Notes: a model not told the origin generated them from the sequence alone. Positions 20,509-29,995 are shown, counted from the stretch's first letter. The stretch is 64,000 nucleotides of DNA from an uncultured Gemmatimonadales bacterium (GCA_963742755.1 CAVUMU010000010.1:141263-205262), one strand, 5' to 3'. Program-made: numbers and translations.

Positions 20509-20958
20509 TCAAAGTCGGCGCTGGCTCCCGGGGAACGCGGGGTCGCGAGACCTGCGCCACAGTGCGATCAGCATGGCTCCGAGGTTGGCGATCGCGCACC
20601 CGGCACCCACCAGGATCAATCCGCGGGCGATGTAGCGGAGCACGGTGAGCCGGTTGATGTCGATCACCACCAGCAGCAGCTTGGTGCTGAGCAACGCCGC
20701 GGCCGTCGAGAAGAGCATCAGCTGAAGCAGCAGCAGCGGCCGATATCCCATGCCGGCGTAGAGCCAGTACAAGGCGAGCCCGACCAGCAACCAGGCCAGA
20801 AGGGCGGTACGGGTGCTCTGTCCCAGCGGAAACTCCCGGATAAGCGGCACCACGAGAAGCCCCAGGGCGGCAAGGGTGAGGAGGAGCCTCCAGCTGGCCC
20901 CCCACAGCTCCCGGGGCGAAGCGTCTTCGGCAGTGTGTATGGCCGGTTCCTTGTCCAC
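20509..20958 (-). CDS. Hypothetical membrane protein
   Basis: About four hydrophobic segments; GAGGG RBS before GTG. Confidence 0.7.
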   Translation of the reverse strand: MDKEPAIHTAEDASPRELWGASWRLLLTLAALGLLVVPLIREFPLGQSTRTALLAWLLVGLALYWLYAGMGYRPLLLLQLMLFSTAAALLSTKLLLVVIDINRLTVLRYIARGLILVGAGCAIANLGAMLIALWRRSRDPAFPGSQRRL

Positions 20959-21143
20959 TTTCCCTCGCTATTCGTCGTCGCCCAGGGGCTACGCCCGCCG
21001 GGAGCCGCTCCATACTACGTTCGTTCGCCCACTTGGGGAACGCCCAGTTTCCCCAAAGCTGCCCCCGCTGGTCCGCCCGAGCTACCCTCGGAGGCGCCCT
21101 GACCCATTTTAGGGGGCGGGCCCGGCATCCGATACTCTGACAG

Positions 21144-23057
21144 ATGAAACCAGCTCCCACCAGGACCGCCCTGGGCCAGGAACGCATCCGCACTGTCATC
21201 GTGGAGGACCACGACCAGATCGGCTGCCTGGTTGCCCGCCGGATCGCCCAGGTGATCCGCGAGCGCCGCGCCGCCGGGAAGCGCCCGGTGCTCGGTCTGG
21301 CCACCGGGTCCACGCCCATCGGGGTGTACCGCGAGCTGATTCGCATGCACCGCGATGAAGGTCTCAGCTTCAGCGACGTCATCACTTTCAATCTCGATGA
21401 ATACTACCCGATGGATCCGGGAAGCATTCACTCCTACCATCGCTTCATGTGGGAGAACCTGTTCGCCCAGCTCGATATTCCGCCGGCCAGTGTCCATATC
21501 CCTCGCGGAGATGTGCGGCGGGATGAGGTCGAGGCCGAGTGCCGTCGCTACGAAGACGCCATCCGTGAGGCCGGAGGAATCGATCTGCAGCTGCTGGGAA
21601 TTGGGCGCACCGGCCATATCGGGTTCAACGAGCCGGGCTCCGGGGCCGAGAGCCGCACCCGGGTCGTGACCCTCGATCTGGTGACCCGCAAGGACACCGC
21701 CGCCGACTTCTTCGGCGAGGAGAACGTACCCCGCGAAGCGATCACCATGGGCGTCGCCACCATCTTCGACGCCCGCGAGATCCTGATGCTCGCCACCGGT
21801 GAGCACAAGGCCGACATCGTGCGCCGCGCGGTCGAGGGCGAGGTCGATCACGAGGTGGCCGCCACCTTCCTGCAGCAGCACCCCAACACCACCTTCTATC
21901 TCGACGGGCCCGCGGCCGCCGCGCTCACCCGGGTTGCCACGCCCTGGCTTCTCGGGCCGGTGGAGTGGACCAGCAGCCTGGTGGTGCGGGCGGTCGTGTG
22001 GCTATCGCACCAGAGCGGCAAGGCCATCCTCAAGCTCACCCAGCGGGATTATGCCGAGCACCGCCTCTCGTCTCTGGTGGCCCGCTACGGCTCGCCCGGC
22101 GCGCTGAATGGAGAGGTGTTCAATGCTCTCGGCGCCAAGATCCGGGGCCGCTCCAAGCTGCCCCGGAAAAAGCGCATTCTCTGCTTCTCGCCCCACCCGG
22201 ACGACGACGTCATTTCCATGGGTGGCATCCTGCACAAGCTGGCGGTGAACGGCAACGACATCACCGTCGCTTACATGACCAGCGGCAACCTGGCCGTGTT
22301 CGACCACGATGTGCGGCGCCACCTGGATTTCCTGCGGCGCCTCGCGCTGGAACAGCGCCTCTCGAAGGATGCCGTCCAGGATCTGGGCACGCGGATCGAT
22401 GGGTTCCTGGCCGGCAAGCAGGCGGGAGACGTGGACACTCCCGAGGTGCAGGACACCAAGCGGATCATTCGGGAGTCCGAGGCGGTGGCCGGGATCCGGA
22501 CCCTGGGGCTCGAGGAGCGGGCTGCCCGATTTCTCGACCTGCCGTTCTATCGGACGGGTAAGGTCCGCAAGGACCCTATCGGCGAGGACGATGTCACAAT
22601 CGTGCGGGCGATGCTGGACGAGATTCGTCCCGAGCTCGTCTTCGTCGCCGGCGATCTCTCCGATCCGCACGGGACCCACCGGCTCTGCAAGGAAGCGGTG
22701 CAGCGGGCGCTGGAGCAGGCCGTCCTCGGCGGGCTGCAGCGGCCCGAGGTCTGGCTCTACCGCGGAGCGTGGCAGGAGTGGCCTGTTACCGAAGCCACCT
22801 GGCTGGTGCCGCTCTCACAGGAGGAGCTCCGGCTCAAGATCCAGGCAATCTTCAAGCATCAATCACAGAAAGACACGGCCCCGTTTCCGGGGCCGGACGA
22901 GCGGGAGTTCTGGCAGCGGGTGGAGGCGCGAAACAAGGGGACGGCCGCGGAGCTCGACCGGCTCGGGCTCGCGGAGTACTTCGCGATGGAGGCCTACGTG
23001 GTGGAACCCTCTCGCGGTACCGAGTCAGTCGCGGGCAAGAGCTCCCAACTGCCGTAG
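21144..23057 (+). CDS. nagB: Glucosamine-6-phosphate deaminase fused to a PIG-L/LmbE deacetylase-like domain
   Basis: LGLATGSTP, FNLDEY, GHIGFNEPG; C-terminal SPHPDDDVISMGG, DPHGTH, FKHQSQ. Confidence 0.95.
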   Translation: MKPAPTRTALGQERIRTVIVEDHDQIGCLVARRIAQVIRERRAAGKRPVLGLATGSTPIGVYRELIRMHRDEGLSFSDVITFNLDEYYPMDPGSIHSYHRFMWENLFAQLDIPPASVHIPRGDVRRDEVEAECRRYEDAIREAGGIDLQLLGIGRTGHIGFNEPGSGAESRTRVVTLDLVTRKDTAADFFGEENVPREAITMGVATIFDAREILMLATGEHKADIVRRAVEGEVDHEVAATFLQQHPNTTFYLDGPAAAALTRVATPWLLGPVEWTSSLVVRAVVWLSHQSGKAILKLTQRDYAEHRLSSLVARYGSPGALNGEVFNALGAKIRGRSKLPRKKRILCFSPHPDDDVISMGGILHKLAVNGNDITVAYMTSGNLAVFDHDVRRHLDFLRRLALEQRLSKDAVQDLGTRIDGFLAGKQAGDVDTPEVQDTKRIIRESEAVAGIRTLGLEERAARFLDLPFYRTGKVRKDPIGEDDVTIVRAMLDEIRPELVFVAGDLSDPHGTHRLCKEAVQRALEQAVLGGLQRPEVWLYRGAWQEWPVTEATWLVPLSQEELRLKIQAIFKHQSQKDTAPFPGPDEREFWQRVEARNKGTAAELDRLGLAEYFAMEAYVVEPSRGTESVAGKSSQLP

Positions 23058-23173
23058 ACTGAAACCCGCACTGCAGCGTCCGCAGGCCTGCCTACGAACG
23101 ACAGCTACTGCTGCTGGCACAGGCTATGGTTCAAAGGCCAATCGCATCCCGCAGGGGACTTCCGCATCTGGCA

Positions 23174-23476
23174 CTACGCACGCCCCCGGATCTTGGCCAC
23201 CCACCACCTCAGGCCCACGAACAGGAAGCGCCAGTCATGCAGAAACTCGGGAGGCTTCCCCTCCACTGCGTGGCCCACGAACTGAAAGACCCAGCCGACC
23301 ACGAAGAGCACCAGAGCGACCACCCACAACCCGCCCACCCAGATGGCCACCACGAACAGTGGGATCGAGAGGGCGATTAGTGGAATGCCGAGGGTATGAC
23401 AGAGTCGGTTGATCGGGTGCTGATGGCTGCGCCCATACTGCACGATCCAGTCGTCCCAGCTCTTTCCGCCCAGCAT
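23174..23476 (-). CDS. DUF962/Mpo1-like membrane protein
   Basis: YGRSHQHPINRLCHTLGIP, QFVGHAVEGKPP. Confidence 0.9.
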   Translation of the reverse strand: MLGGKSWDDWIVQYGRSHQHPINRLCHTLGIPLIALSIPLFVVAIWVGGLWVVALVLFVVGWVFQFVGHAVEGKPPEFLHDWRFLFVGLRWWVAKIRGRA

Positions 23477-23537
23477 GAAGCCTCCCCATGGGCAAAGACT
23501 AGCATGATCACCCTCATCGTATGGCCTCTCAACGGCA

Positions 23538-24077
23538 CTACCTGGTCAGCTGTCGCGCGATGTCCTGGAGCTGAGCCGCATGCCGCGCTTCGTGCTGACC
23601 AACGAACAGCACCCACTGGTACAGGTCGAGGGGCCCGACCAGCGGATGAGGCTGCGTGATCCGACCCAGAGCCAGGCCGTCGACATCCTGCAGGGCGGCG
23701 ATCAGCGCCTGACGCGACTCCCCCAATGCCACCATCCCCTCGGCTGCGGTGAGACGGCCCCGGGGCATCACGGGCTCGGGTGCCTTGATCCTCCGCCTAC
23801 GGTCCGTCAGGCGGAGCGGGTCCAGCGATTCCATGACCGAGCCAACGTCGTTCTCCGGCTCGAGGCCGGCCGCCCTGGCCTGCTCCAGAGAATTGCTGAC
23901 CAGCCGGGCGATACCGCGCTCCACCCGATGCAAGTGCTCCAGTACCTCAGCAGCCGACCAGGTCTCCGCGTCGCAACGCCGATCCCGCAACGGCTCAGGG
24001 ATGAGCGAGAGCGCGTCCAGGAGCGCAACACGCTGCCGCTGGTCGTAGTCGAGTAGCTGCGCGATTCTGGGGTGCAT
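23538..24077 (-). CDS. DinB family protein
   Basis: WSAAEVLEHL, HPLVGPLDLYQW, HEARHAAQ. Confidence 0.88.
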   Translation of the reverse strand: MHPRIAQLLDYDQRQRVALLDALSLIPEPLRDRRCDAETWSAAEVLEHLHRVERGIARLVSNSLEQARAAGLEPENDVGSVMESLDPLRLTDRRRRIKAPEPVMPRGRLTAAEGMVALGESRQALIAALQDVDGLALGRITQPHPLVGPLDLYQWVLFVGQHEARHAAQLQDIARQLTR

Positions 24078-24163
24078 AGGCAATAAGGTAGTGAATCCTT
24101 TGCCATCCGCTCGCGTACGGGGACAGGGTAGTCGATTCACATCATCCAGACGCCGAGGGGTCC

Positions 24164-25039
24164 GTGCCATCACACAGCTGGGCAACCACGGCCGGCACGG
24201 CCCTGTTGCTCATCTCGGGACCGGGCCTGGCGGCCCAGGACCAGAGGACTGCGGTGCTGGATGCCGAGCGGGCCACATCGGAGCTGAGCCGGGACTCGGG
24301 CTTTACGGATGCGGTCCTCCGCAGCGTTCATCGCGATGGGATACTGCTCTGGCCCGGAGCGGCGGTTGTGGCGGGAACAGCAGACCTGAAGCGGTTGCTG
24401 GCGGCGCTGCCCACCGACTCACTACAGCTGTTCTGGCAGCCATTAGGGGTCGAACTCTCCCGCGACTCGAGTCTGAGCGTCATTTGGGGAGTTGCCGTGG
24501 CCCGCGCCGGCCGCAACGCACCCACGCCCGAAATCGGCAGTTACATCGCGGCCTGGCGAAGAGACGGGGCGCGCTGGACCATCGCCGCACTGGTATTCGC
24601 CGGTCTGGACGAGCTACCGAAGCCAGCGTCGAGCGTCAAGATACCGGTGAAAAAAAAGGCCATCCAGGCGCGAGGGGCCGGGGCCCCCTTCATCGCCGCC
24701 GATATTGCCTTCGCGCGGCTCGCGGGTGATAGTGGCGCCGCGGTGGCGTTCCAACGGTGGGCCGCTCCCGAGGCGGTGACGTTCGGTGACCGCGGACTTC
24801 TGACCCGTGGTCCCGCAGCCATTGGCCGCGCGGTTGACTTCCCCGCAGTGTGGCGCTGGCATCCGGTGGCTGCTGGCGCCGCCCGCAGCGGTGATATCGG
24901 CTGGACCGTCGGGGAAGCAGTGATCGCAGGCCAGGACGGCACGTCGCACTCGAAGTACCTCACTATCTGGATTCGCGCCCACGATGGCACGGTCCGGTTC
25001 CTGACCGATGGCGGCAACGGAAGGCCGGCATCACCGTAG
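24164..25039 (+). CDS. Secreted protein with tandem NTF2-like (DUF4440) domains
   Basis: Signal peptide; two repeats (WQP..SRDSSL..GSYIAAWRR and WHP..RSGDIGWTVG..YLTIW..DGG). Confidence 0.8.
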   Translation: MPSHSWATTAGTALLLISGPGLAAQDQRTAVLDAERATSELSRDSGFTDAVLRSVHRDGILLWPGAAVVAGTADLKRLLAALPTDSLQLFWQPLGVELSRDSSLSVIWGVAVARAGRNAPTPEIGSYIAAWRRDGARWTIAALVFAGLDELPKPASSVKIPVKKKAIQARGAGAPFIAADIAFARLAGDSGAAVAFQRWAAPEAVTFGDRGLLTRGPAAIGRAVDFPAVWRWHPVAAGAARSGDIGWTVGEAVIAGQDGTSHSKYLTIWIRAHDGTVRFLTDGGNGRPASP

Positions 25040-25276
25040 CGGGCGGGGGCGCAACAGCCACCAGACCAGTCCGGCGAGAGCGACGGTCAGGACGATCACG
25101 CCGAGATCCACCATGAAAAACGTCCGGTAGGCATCGGCTCCGGACGGATCCCGCTCGGCCCACGCGTGCCATTCGCGCCACCCATGAATGGCGCTGACGA
25201 TCCGGCCGCCCACGATGAACCCTCCCCCCAGGACCGCCAGATACCGGGCAATCTGTGCTACCGTGGCGGTCGACAT
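25031..25276 (-). CDS. Small two-TM hypothetical protein
   Basis: GGGGGA RBS; two hydrophobic segments. Confidence 0.6.
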   Translation of the reverse strand: MSTATVAQIARYLAVLGGGFIVGGRIVSAIHGWREWHAWAERDPSGADAYRTFFMVDLGVIVLTVALAGLVWWLLRPRPLR

Positions 25277-25314
25277 GCGTTGTTCCCCCAGGCGTACTCC
25301 TTATACCCTGACGT

Positions 25315-25526
25315 ATGGTGACCTCCTGGACGCGGGCAGCGGTCCTCCGTTGGCGGGCGCTCTGTCTCCGGTGTCCCAACTGGGGCAGCGAACCGATCTT
25401 CGAATCGTGGCTGCGTATACGTCCCCGCTGGTCTACGCCCTGATCTTTCTCGGCGTCCTTCTCCAACACGCTCTTCTGGCCTTCGACTTGATCTTCCGCC
25501 CGCCTGGAGAGGAAGACTTCAGATGA
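25315..25526 (+). pseudogene. DUF983-like gene remnant
   Basis: WRALCLRCPNWGSEPIFESWLRIRPRW then a stop; other frames give FSNTLF and LAFDLIFRPPGEEDFR; central TM region missing. Confidence 0.55.
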
Positions 25527-25953
25527 GCGACCCTCTTGCGGCGCGAACCGGCTCAACCTCGTAGGTCGTAACCTCCAGCCGGTGACCGGATGGGTCGGAG
25601 AAGTACACCGACCAGGCGCCCCCGTGGTCTATCACGCGCGCCTGGTTCAGCCCGAGACCGGCCAGCCTCGCGGTAAAGGCGAGAAACTCGGTGGCGCTCA
25701 CCCGAAATGCCACTCGGTGAAAACCGGCGGTCGGACGGCTTCCTTGGGCCTCGCCGGTGAACAAGGCGAGCTTGGTGCGGCCCCCGTCAGGCGAGATCAT
25801 CATCGGCCCCTCAGGGTTGGCTGCCCACGACTCGGTTCCGGCCACCGGCTCACAGCCGAGCACCTTGGCATACCAGGCCGCCGCGCTGACGCGGTCGGGG
25901 ACATAAAGCTCGACGTGGTCTAGCGTAAAGCGCGGATCCCGCGCGGTGCTCAT
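25519..25953 (-). CDS. VOC/glyoxalase family protein
   Basis: LDHVELYV, WYAKVLG, HRVAF, VYFSDPSGHRLEV. Confidence 0.9.
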   Translation of the reverse strand: MSTARDPRFTLDHVELYVPDRVSAAAWYAKVLGCEPVAGTESWAANPEGPMMISPDGGRTKLALFTGEAQGSRPTAGFHRVAFRVSATEFLAFTARLAGLGLNQARVIDHGGAWSVYFSDPSGHRLEVTTYEVEPVRAARGSLI

Positions 25954-26417
25954 GGCAGATCGCTGAGGCGGCTGTAGATCGTGGACACGCTGCGCTTCGG
26001 GTCGCGGGTCAGCTCGAACCGGGTTTCGCTGTCTTGCCAGACCACCCGCTCCGCTGCCTCAGGATCGTCAGGCTTCTCGTGCTGGACCGGTGGGCCGATC
26101 TGCTCGGCGTATTCGGCTCGGAGGACCGAAAAGTCTGCCGATTGCGGGTAGTTAAACATGACCATGGCTACCACGCCTCGCGGTGTGCGATGCACCAGAA
26201 CGGCCGACGCGCCGGCAAAACTGCCCGGAGGAAGCGCAACCACCGTGTCGGACGACTTGGCCCCAGCGACCATCTCCGGGTGCCAGATCTCTCCCAGGCG
26301 AATGGTGCCTGCTCCGGTCGTCACCTCCCGGAAGACAGGCTGCCTCGAGTTTGGTGGATGGGTCGTGGGGCACGCGATTGAGGCTGCCAACAGCACGCCG
26401 AGGTGCCACTGGTTCAT
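25950..26417 (-). CDS. Hypothetical exported protein or lipoprotein
   Basis: MNQWHLGVLLAASIAC; ATGA overlaps with both neighbours. Confidence 0.7.
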   Translation of the reverse strand: MNQWHLGVLLAASIACPTTHPPNSRQPVFREVTTGAGTIRLGEIWHPEMVAGAKSSDTVVALPPGSFAGASAVLVHRTPRGVVAMVMFNYPQSADFSVLRAEYAEQIGPPVQHEKPDDPEAAERVVWQDSETRFELTRDPKRSVSTIYSRLSDLP

Positions 26418-27166
26418 CCCAGAAAGCGGTCCACGGGATACCGGAAATTGTCCCGGTGAATCCTCAGCGTGTTGAGGATGGTGACACCGGAGAAGTGGCG
26501 CACGTCGTACTGACACAGAGTGACGACGGGAAAGCGTTTGGCGATAAGCTCCTCATATCCCGCTTCGTACTCGGAGAGTCCTTCATCCGACCCCTCTGGG
26601 CCAAACCCCCGAAGGTCCCCTACGACCCGGAAGGAATTCGCTCCAGCGCCCAGGGCAGCACGCATCCGGGTATCCCAATACTCCAGTTGGCCTGCCGGCG
26701 AACCGATGTACTCGGCCAGGACCAGTCTCCCGGCGGCAATGTCGGCCCGCAAAGACGGACGACTCTTCTCGAGGTGAGCCAGGACATCCCTCCGTGATTT
26801 AGGAGTGGAGATGTAGAAACACACCGTCCCGCGTCGCAGGCCATCCTCCAGAAACCCGATCGCCTGCCTGGTCTGGCCAGCCTCGCTGGCGAAGAGGGCG
26901 CAGAGATGGACTCCCAGCGCGTAGGCAACCCCGTCGATCACGGTATGGGCCGGCGAGCTGGACGGCGGAACATGGCCGTGACCCTCCGCCGGCTGATCCT
27001 CCGTGAACGCCAACAGATCGGCGCGACGGAAGCGCCGCTCGCGCCTGCGGCCGACCCTGAGACAGGCCAGACGGCCGGCGTTGGTCCACCGGCGGAGCGA
27101 GGTCTCACTGACATTGAGGAACTGGGCCGCCTGCTCAATGTTCAGGAGTTCGTCAGCGTCGGGCAT
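26414..27166 (-). CDS. Excisionase/MerR-type HTH plus MEDS sensor domain regulator (DcmR-like architecture)
   Basis: LLNIEQAAQFLNVSETSLRRW HTH; MEDS motifs HLCALF, FLEDGL, RVVGD, EYEA, TLCQYD. Confidence 0.85.
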   Translation of the reverse strand: MPDADELLNIEQAAQFLNVSETSLRRWTNAGRLACLRVGRRRERRFRRADLLAFTEDQPAEGHGHVPPSSSPAHTVIDGVAYALGVHLCALFASEAGQTRQAIGFLEDGLRRGTVCFYISTPKSRRDVLAHLEKSRPSLRADIAAGRLVLAEYIGSPAGQLEYWDTRMRAALGAGANSFRVVGDLRGFGPEGSDEGLSEYEAGYEELIAKRFPVVTLCQYDVRHFSGVTILNTLRIHRDNFRYPVDRFLG

Positions 27167-27478
27167 TCCACTCTCGGTAAGAGGTTCAATGGTAAGGGGT
27201 TTACCGGATGGCCGCAGACGATAAAATGTGATGCTCTGCCGCGCTGGAGCTCAGCCCTTCTGCCGCCGACGCTCGAAGGGAGCCGACGGTGCGACGGCAC
27301 GCCTTGCTTTGGTGGCGGGAGTTCCCCATAATGGCGGTGACCAATGGTGACTAAAGCATAGCACTGGGTATGCATCGGTACTGCCTGCGCCCAATATGCC
27401 CCGCGCCCGCGCGAGCGCAACCATCGTCTCGTCGCAGCAGGTAATCTCATCCCCGCCTCGGAGTGACGCGTTCTCGCA

Positions 27479-28063
27479 ATGAGCAAAACCCTCCGAATTC
27501 TTCATCTGGAAGACAGCCCCGACGAGGTCGAGCGGGTCAAGTCGGAGTTGACCCGCGCCGGGATGAAGATTTTGAGCGCACCGGTCTCGTCGGAAGAGGA
27601 GTTCACCTCCGCGTTGCGCGAGTTCAAGCCCGACGTGGTGCTGTGCGATCACTCCAGCTCCGTTTTCGACGCGCGGGCCGCCCTGGTCGCCGTGCAGACC
27701 TACCGCCCGGCCGCTCCGACGATCCTGTTTACCAACGACATCGACGAACAGACCGCGGTCACCACCGTTCGGGCGGGCGCCGAGGACATCGTACTGAAAC
27801 GGAACCTGGGCCGCCTCAGCAGCGCCATCGAGGCGGCGCTGGCGGTGCGCCGGCGACTCCGGCAGCTGACACCACGGCAGCTTGAGGTCCTGCGGCTGGT
27901 CACCGCCGGGCACACGACTCGAGAGATCGCTCGCCGGCTGAAGCTCAGCGCCAAGACCGTCGAGTCCCACCGGGGAGAAGTGATGAAGCGTCTCGGCATG
28001 CACGACGTGGTGGCGCTGGTGCGCTACGCCATTCGGGTTGGCTTAGTGCCACCCGATATGTAG
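27479..28063 (+). CDS. NarL/LuxR-family response regulator
   Basis: ILHLED, DVVLCD receiver; LTPRQLEVLRL..KTVESHR LuxR HTH. Confidence 0.92.
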   Translation: MSKTLRILHLEDSPDEVERVKSELTRAGMKILSAPVSSEEEFTSALREFKPDVVLCDHSSSVFDARAALVAVQTYRPAAPTILFTNDIDEQTAVTTVRAGAEDIVLKRNLGRLSSAIEAALAVRRRLRQLTPRQLEVLRLVTAGHTTREIARRLKLSAKTVESHRGEVMKRLGMHDVVALVRYAIRVGLVPPDM

Positions 28064-28164
28064 GCGCTCAGGGACCAACCCGTTTGGTCTCCAAAGGGGT
28101 GCGGCGGCCGGCCAGAGCGCAGCAATCGAGGCTCGGGTTGGCCTCCTGACCATGGCGGCCTCGT

Positions 28165-28223
28165 GAGAGTCAAGAGCCGGGAGTCAGGAATCGGGAGTCG
28201 TCAGCTATCGGGAGTCGTCAGCT
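28165..28223. repeat. Heptamer GGGAGTC-like array
   Basis: gagagtc aagagcc gggagtc aggaatc gggagtc, plus a duplicated atcgggagtcgtcagctat. Confidence 0.6.
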
Positions 28224-28606
28224 ATAGTAGCCCCGGCGTAACGGAGCAGCTCACCCAGCAGCGATCGATGGCACCGGGATTCATCCTCACAATAGCAGCC
28301 TACCGACAGCTCCTGTCGAGCGGATAACGCCGCCAACAAGGCAAGCAGTCGTTGCACCGGAGGCTTTCCCATCTCGGCCCGGTAGCGACGCGCGAACCTC
28401 TCCCACCGCCGCGGGGTGAGCGGTTCGGAGAGCGCCCAGGAGACCAGTGCGGCGCTGGGGGCGAGCTCCGGAAGCCAGAGGTCGTAGTAATCGCGCCGGG
28501 CTAGCTCCGCCTTCCGGATTCCGCGGGGCGGGCGCCTCACAGTTCCCAGCCGGAGGCCTTCGCCGGCCTGGCGGGGCGTGCCGAGACGGATGACCCGAAT
28601 GGCCAT
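28205..28606 (-). CDS. DUF488 (YeaO-like) family protein
   Basis: GEGLRLGTVRRPPRG, WLPELAPS, RYRAEM, CYCEDESRCHRS. Confidence 0.88.
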   Translation of the reverse strand: MAIRVIRLGTPRQAGEGLRLGTVRRPPRGIRKAELARRDYYDLWLPELAPSAALVSWALSEPLTPRRWERFARRYRAEMGKPPVQRLLALLAALSARQELSVGCYCEDESRCHRSLLGELLRYAGATIADDSR

Positions 28607-28608
28607 CG

Positions 28609-28977
28609 TCAGCGGGGGCGGACCAACGCGCCAAGGCGCTTGGGTGCCACCAGCAGGTACGCATCGCACAGCAGGTCCTCCAGGTCATCCCAGGCCGCCG
28701 GCCCATCGAGCCACACTCCCACCCAACCACTCGGTCCCACGTACGGCGGTATGAAGAAACGCTGGGGCTCGGCCTCGACCATCATGGCCTGGTTCATCCT
28801 GGCCGCCTTGCACCAGACGGCCGGGCGGCCGGCACCATGGTGGTTCTCCGAGCTTGCGTACATCGCAAACAGCTTGTTGCGCACCCGGAAGGTGGGCTCG
28901 CCCCAGGCCTCGACTTCGTGGGCTTCGGGAAGGGCGAGGCAGAGCTTGCGCAGTCGGGTTAGCGGGCGTGGCGGCAC
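28609..28977 (-). CDS. MmcQ/YjbR family DNA-binding protein
   Basis: CLALPEAHE..WGEPTFRV..KLFA, PPYVGPSGWVG, AYLLVAPK. Confidence 0.88.
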   Translation of the reverse strand: MPPRPLTRLRKLCLALPEAHEVEAWGEPTFRVRNKLFAMYASSENHHGAGRPAVWCKAARMNQAMMVEAEPQRFFIPPYVGPSGWVGVWLDGPAAWDDLEDLLCDAYLLVAPKRLGALVRPR

Positions 28978-29186
28978 CAGAACTCTCCGAGCGAGAAGCA
29001 AAGGTTTCCGCCCGGAATCTATGTGCTCGGTGCTGCTGGGTAATGCCTGAGGGCACCGTGGAGGAGGCCCAGCTGTGGGTGCCGCTCGGCGGAGTCAGTC
29101 CCCTCGAGCAGGCGTCTCTGACCACGCGCGCGGGTCGAGCGCGGGCACGTCATTGGCCGGGTCGTGCTGCGGATCCGGGAGGAGCC

Positions 29187-29462
29187 CTACGCCAGCGGAC
29201 CCTTGCCCATAAACTGAATCAGCGTCGCCTCCGGCGTGCGGCTGTTGAAGTGGGTCTCGCTGATATTGGCCATACCTTTCTGCCCGTTGTCGAGCGTCAG
29301 CCAGATCCGCTCGCTCGGCAGGAAGCCGTCGGCGGTGCGGGACATGAACTCTCCGCGCCATGACGGGTGCCCGGAGCCGGAGTCGGTGATGGTGACCCGG
29401 ACATCCACCTGTTTCAGGGCCTGCCGGTTGGTCCGCTCGATCAGTGCTTTCTGGGATTGCAT
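29187..29462 (-). CDS. Hypothetical protein
   Basis: 91-aa ORF with GC3-biased codons, co-oriented. Confidence 0.65.
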   Translation of the reverse strand: MQSQKALIERTNRQALKQVDVRVTITDSGSGHPSWRGEFMSRTADGFLPSERIWLTLDNGQKGMANISETHFNSRTPEATLIQFMGKGPLA

Positions 29463-29539
29463 GAAGACCTGCTTTCTCGTGTGAGTGAATCTCTATCCAC
29501 CAACCTCACCATACCTGCAGAGATAGAAGCTGGTTGGCT

Positions 29540-29812
29540 TGATGTCGCTATGCCGGAGACGGCCGCCTCGCCCAGATCCAGCAGGCGAAACTTCAACTGC
29601 CCGAAATGACCGGATAGCCGGCGACCGTGGCGATTGCCCACATTGAGAAATAGACCAGCGGATCGATTGAGAACGCCACGAGAAGGAGCAGGGCCAGGAG
29701 CCGCGACCCGGCCGCGCACCTGCTCCATCAGATCCGGCGGGAGGGACCCAGAAAGCCCCCGCACGTCGGCGGGAGACTCCTCCGGACCCAGGAGGGTTAC
29801 CTGCTCTTGCAT
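29540..29812 (-). pseudogene. N-terminal remnant of a membrane protein (possibly a Ser/Thr kinase)
   Basis: SLPPDLMEQVRGRV continues after a 1-nt shift near 29704 as hydrophobic RLLALLLLVAFSIDPLVYF, then stops; kinase link is recollection only and no kinase motifs are present. Confidence 0.4.
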
Positions 29813-29833
29813 CCCGTTGCTCCGGGCGTAGTG

Positions 29834-29995
29834 CTACTCCTCCAGCATGGCACCGTCAGGCGAAGCGTTTTCCACCGAATCCTCGGCCAAGGGCTCCTTC
29901 GAGCGCTCCAGCTTTCGCTGTTTCTTCTCTTCTTTCTGACGTTGCTTGGCGAGTTCCTTTTGACGCTTTTCGAACCCGTAGTTGCGCTTTGGCAA
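29834..29995 (-). CDS. Small Lys/Glu-rich protein, 53 aa (not in ORF track)
   Basis: GGAG RBS, TTG start; MPKRNYGFEKRQKELAKQRQKEEKKQRKLERS. Confidence 0.75.
   Translation of the reverse strand: MPKRNYGFEKRQKELAKQRQKEEKKQRKLERSKEPLAEDSVENASPDGAMLEE

Noticed and set aside
26990..27166. Excisionase indicating a mobile element
   Set aside because: The HTH is fused to a MEDS sensor domain and there is no integrase nearby, so it is better read as a transcription regulator
29000..29186. Possible gene or ncRNA in the gap upstream of the YjbR-family gene
   Set aside because: Only short broken frames and no convincing structure; may be a remnant but I cannot support a call
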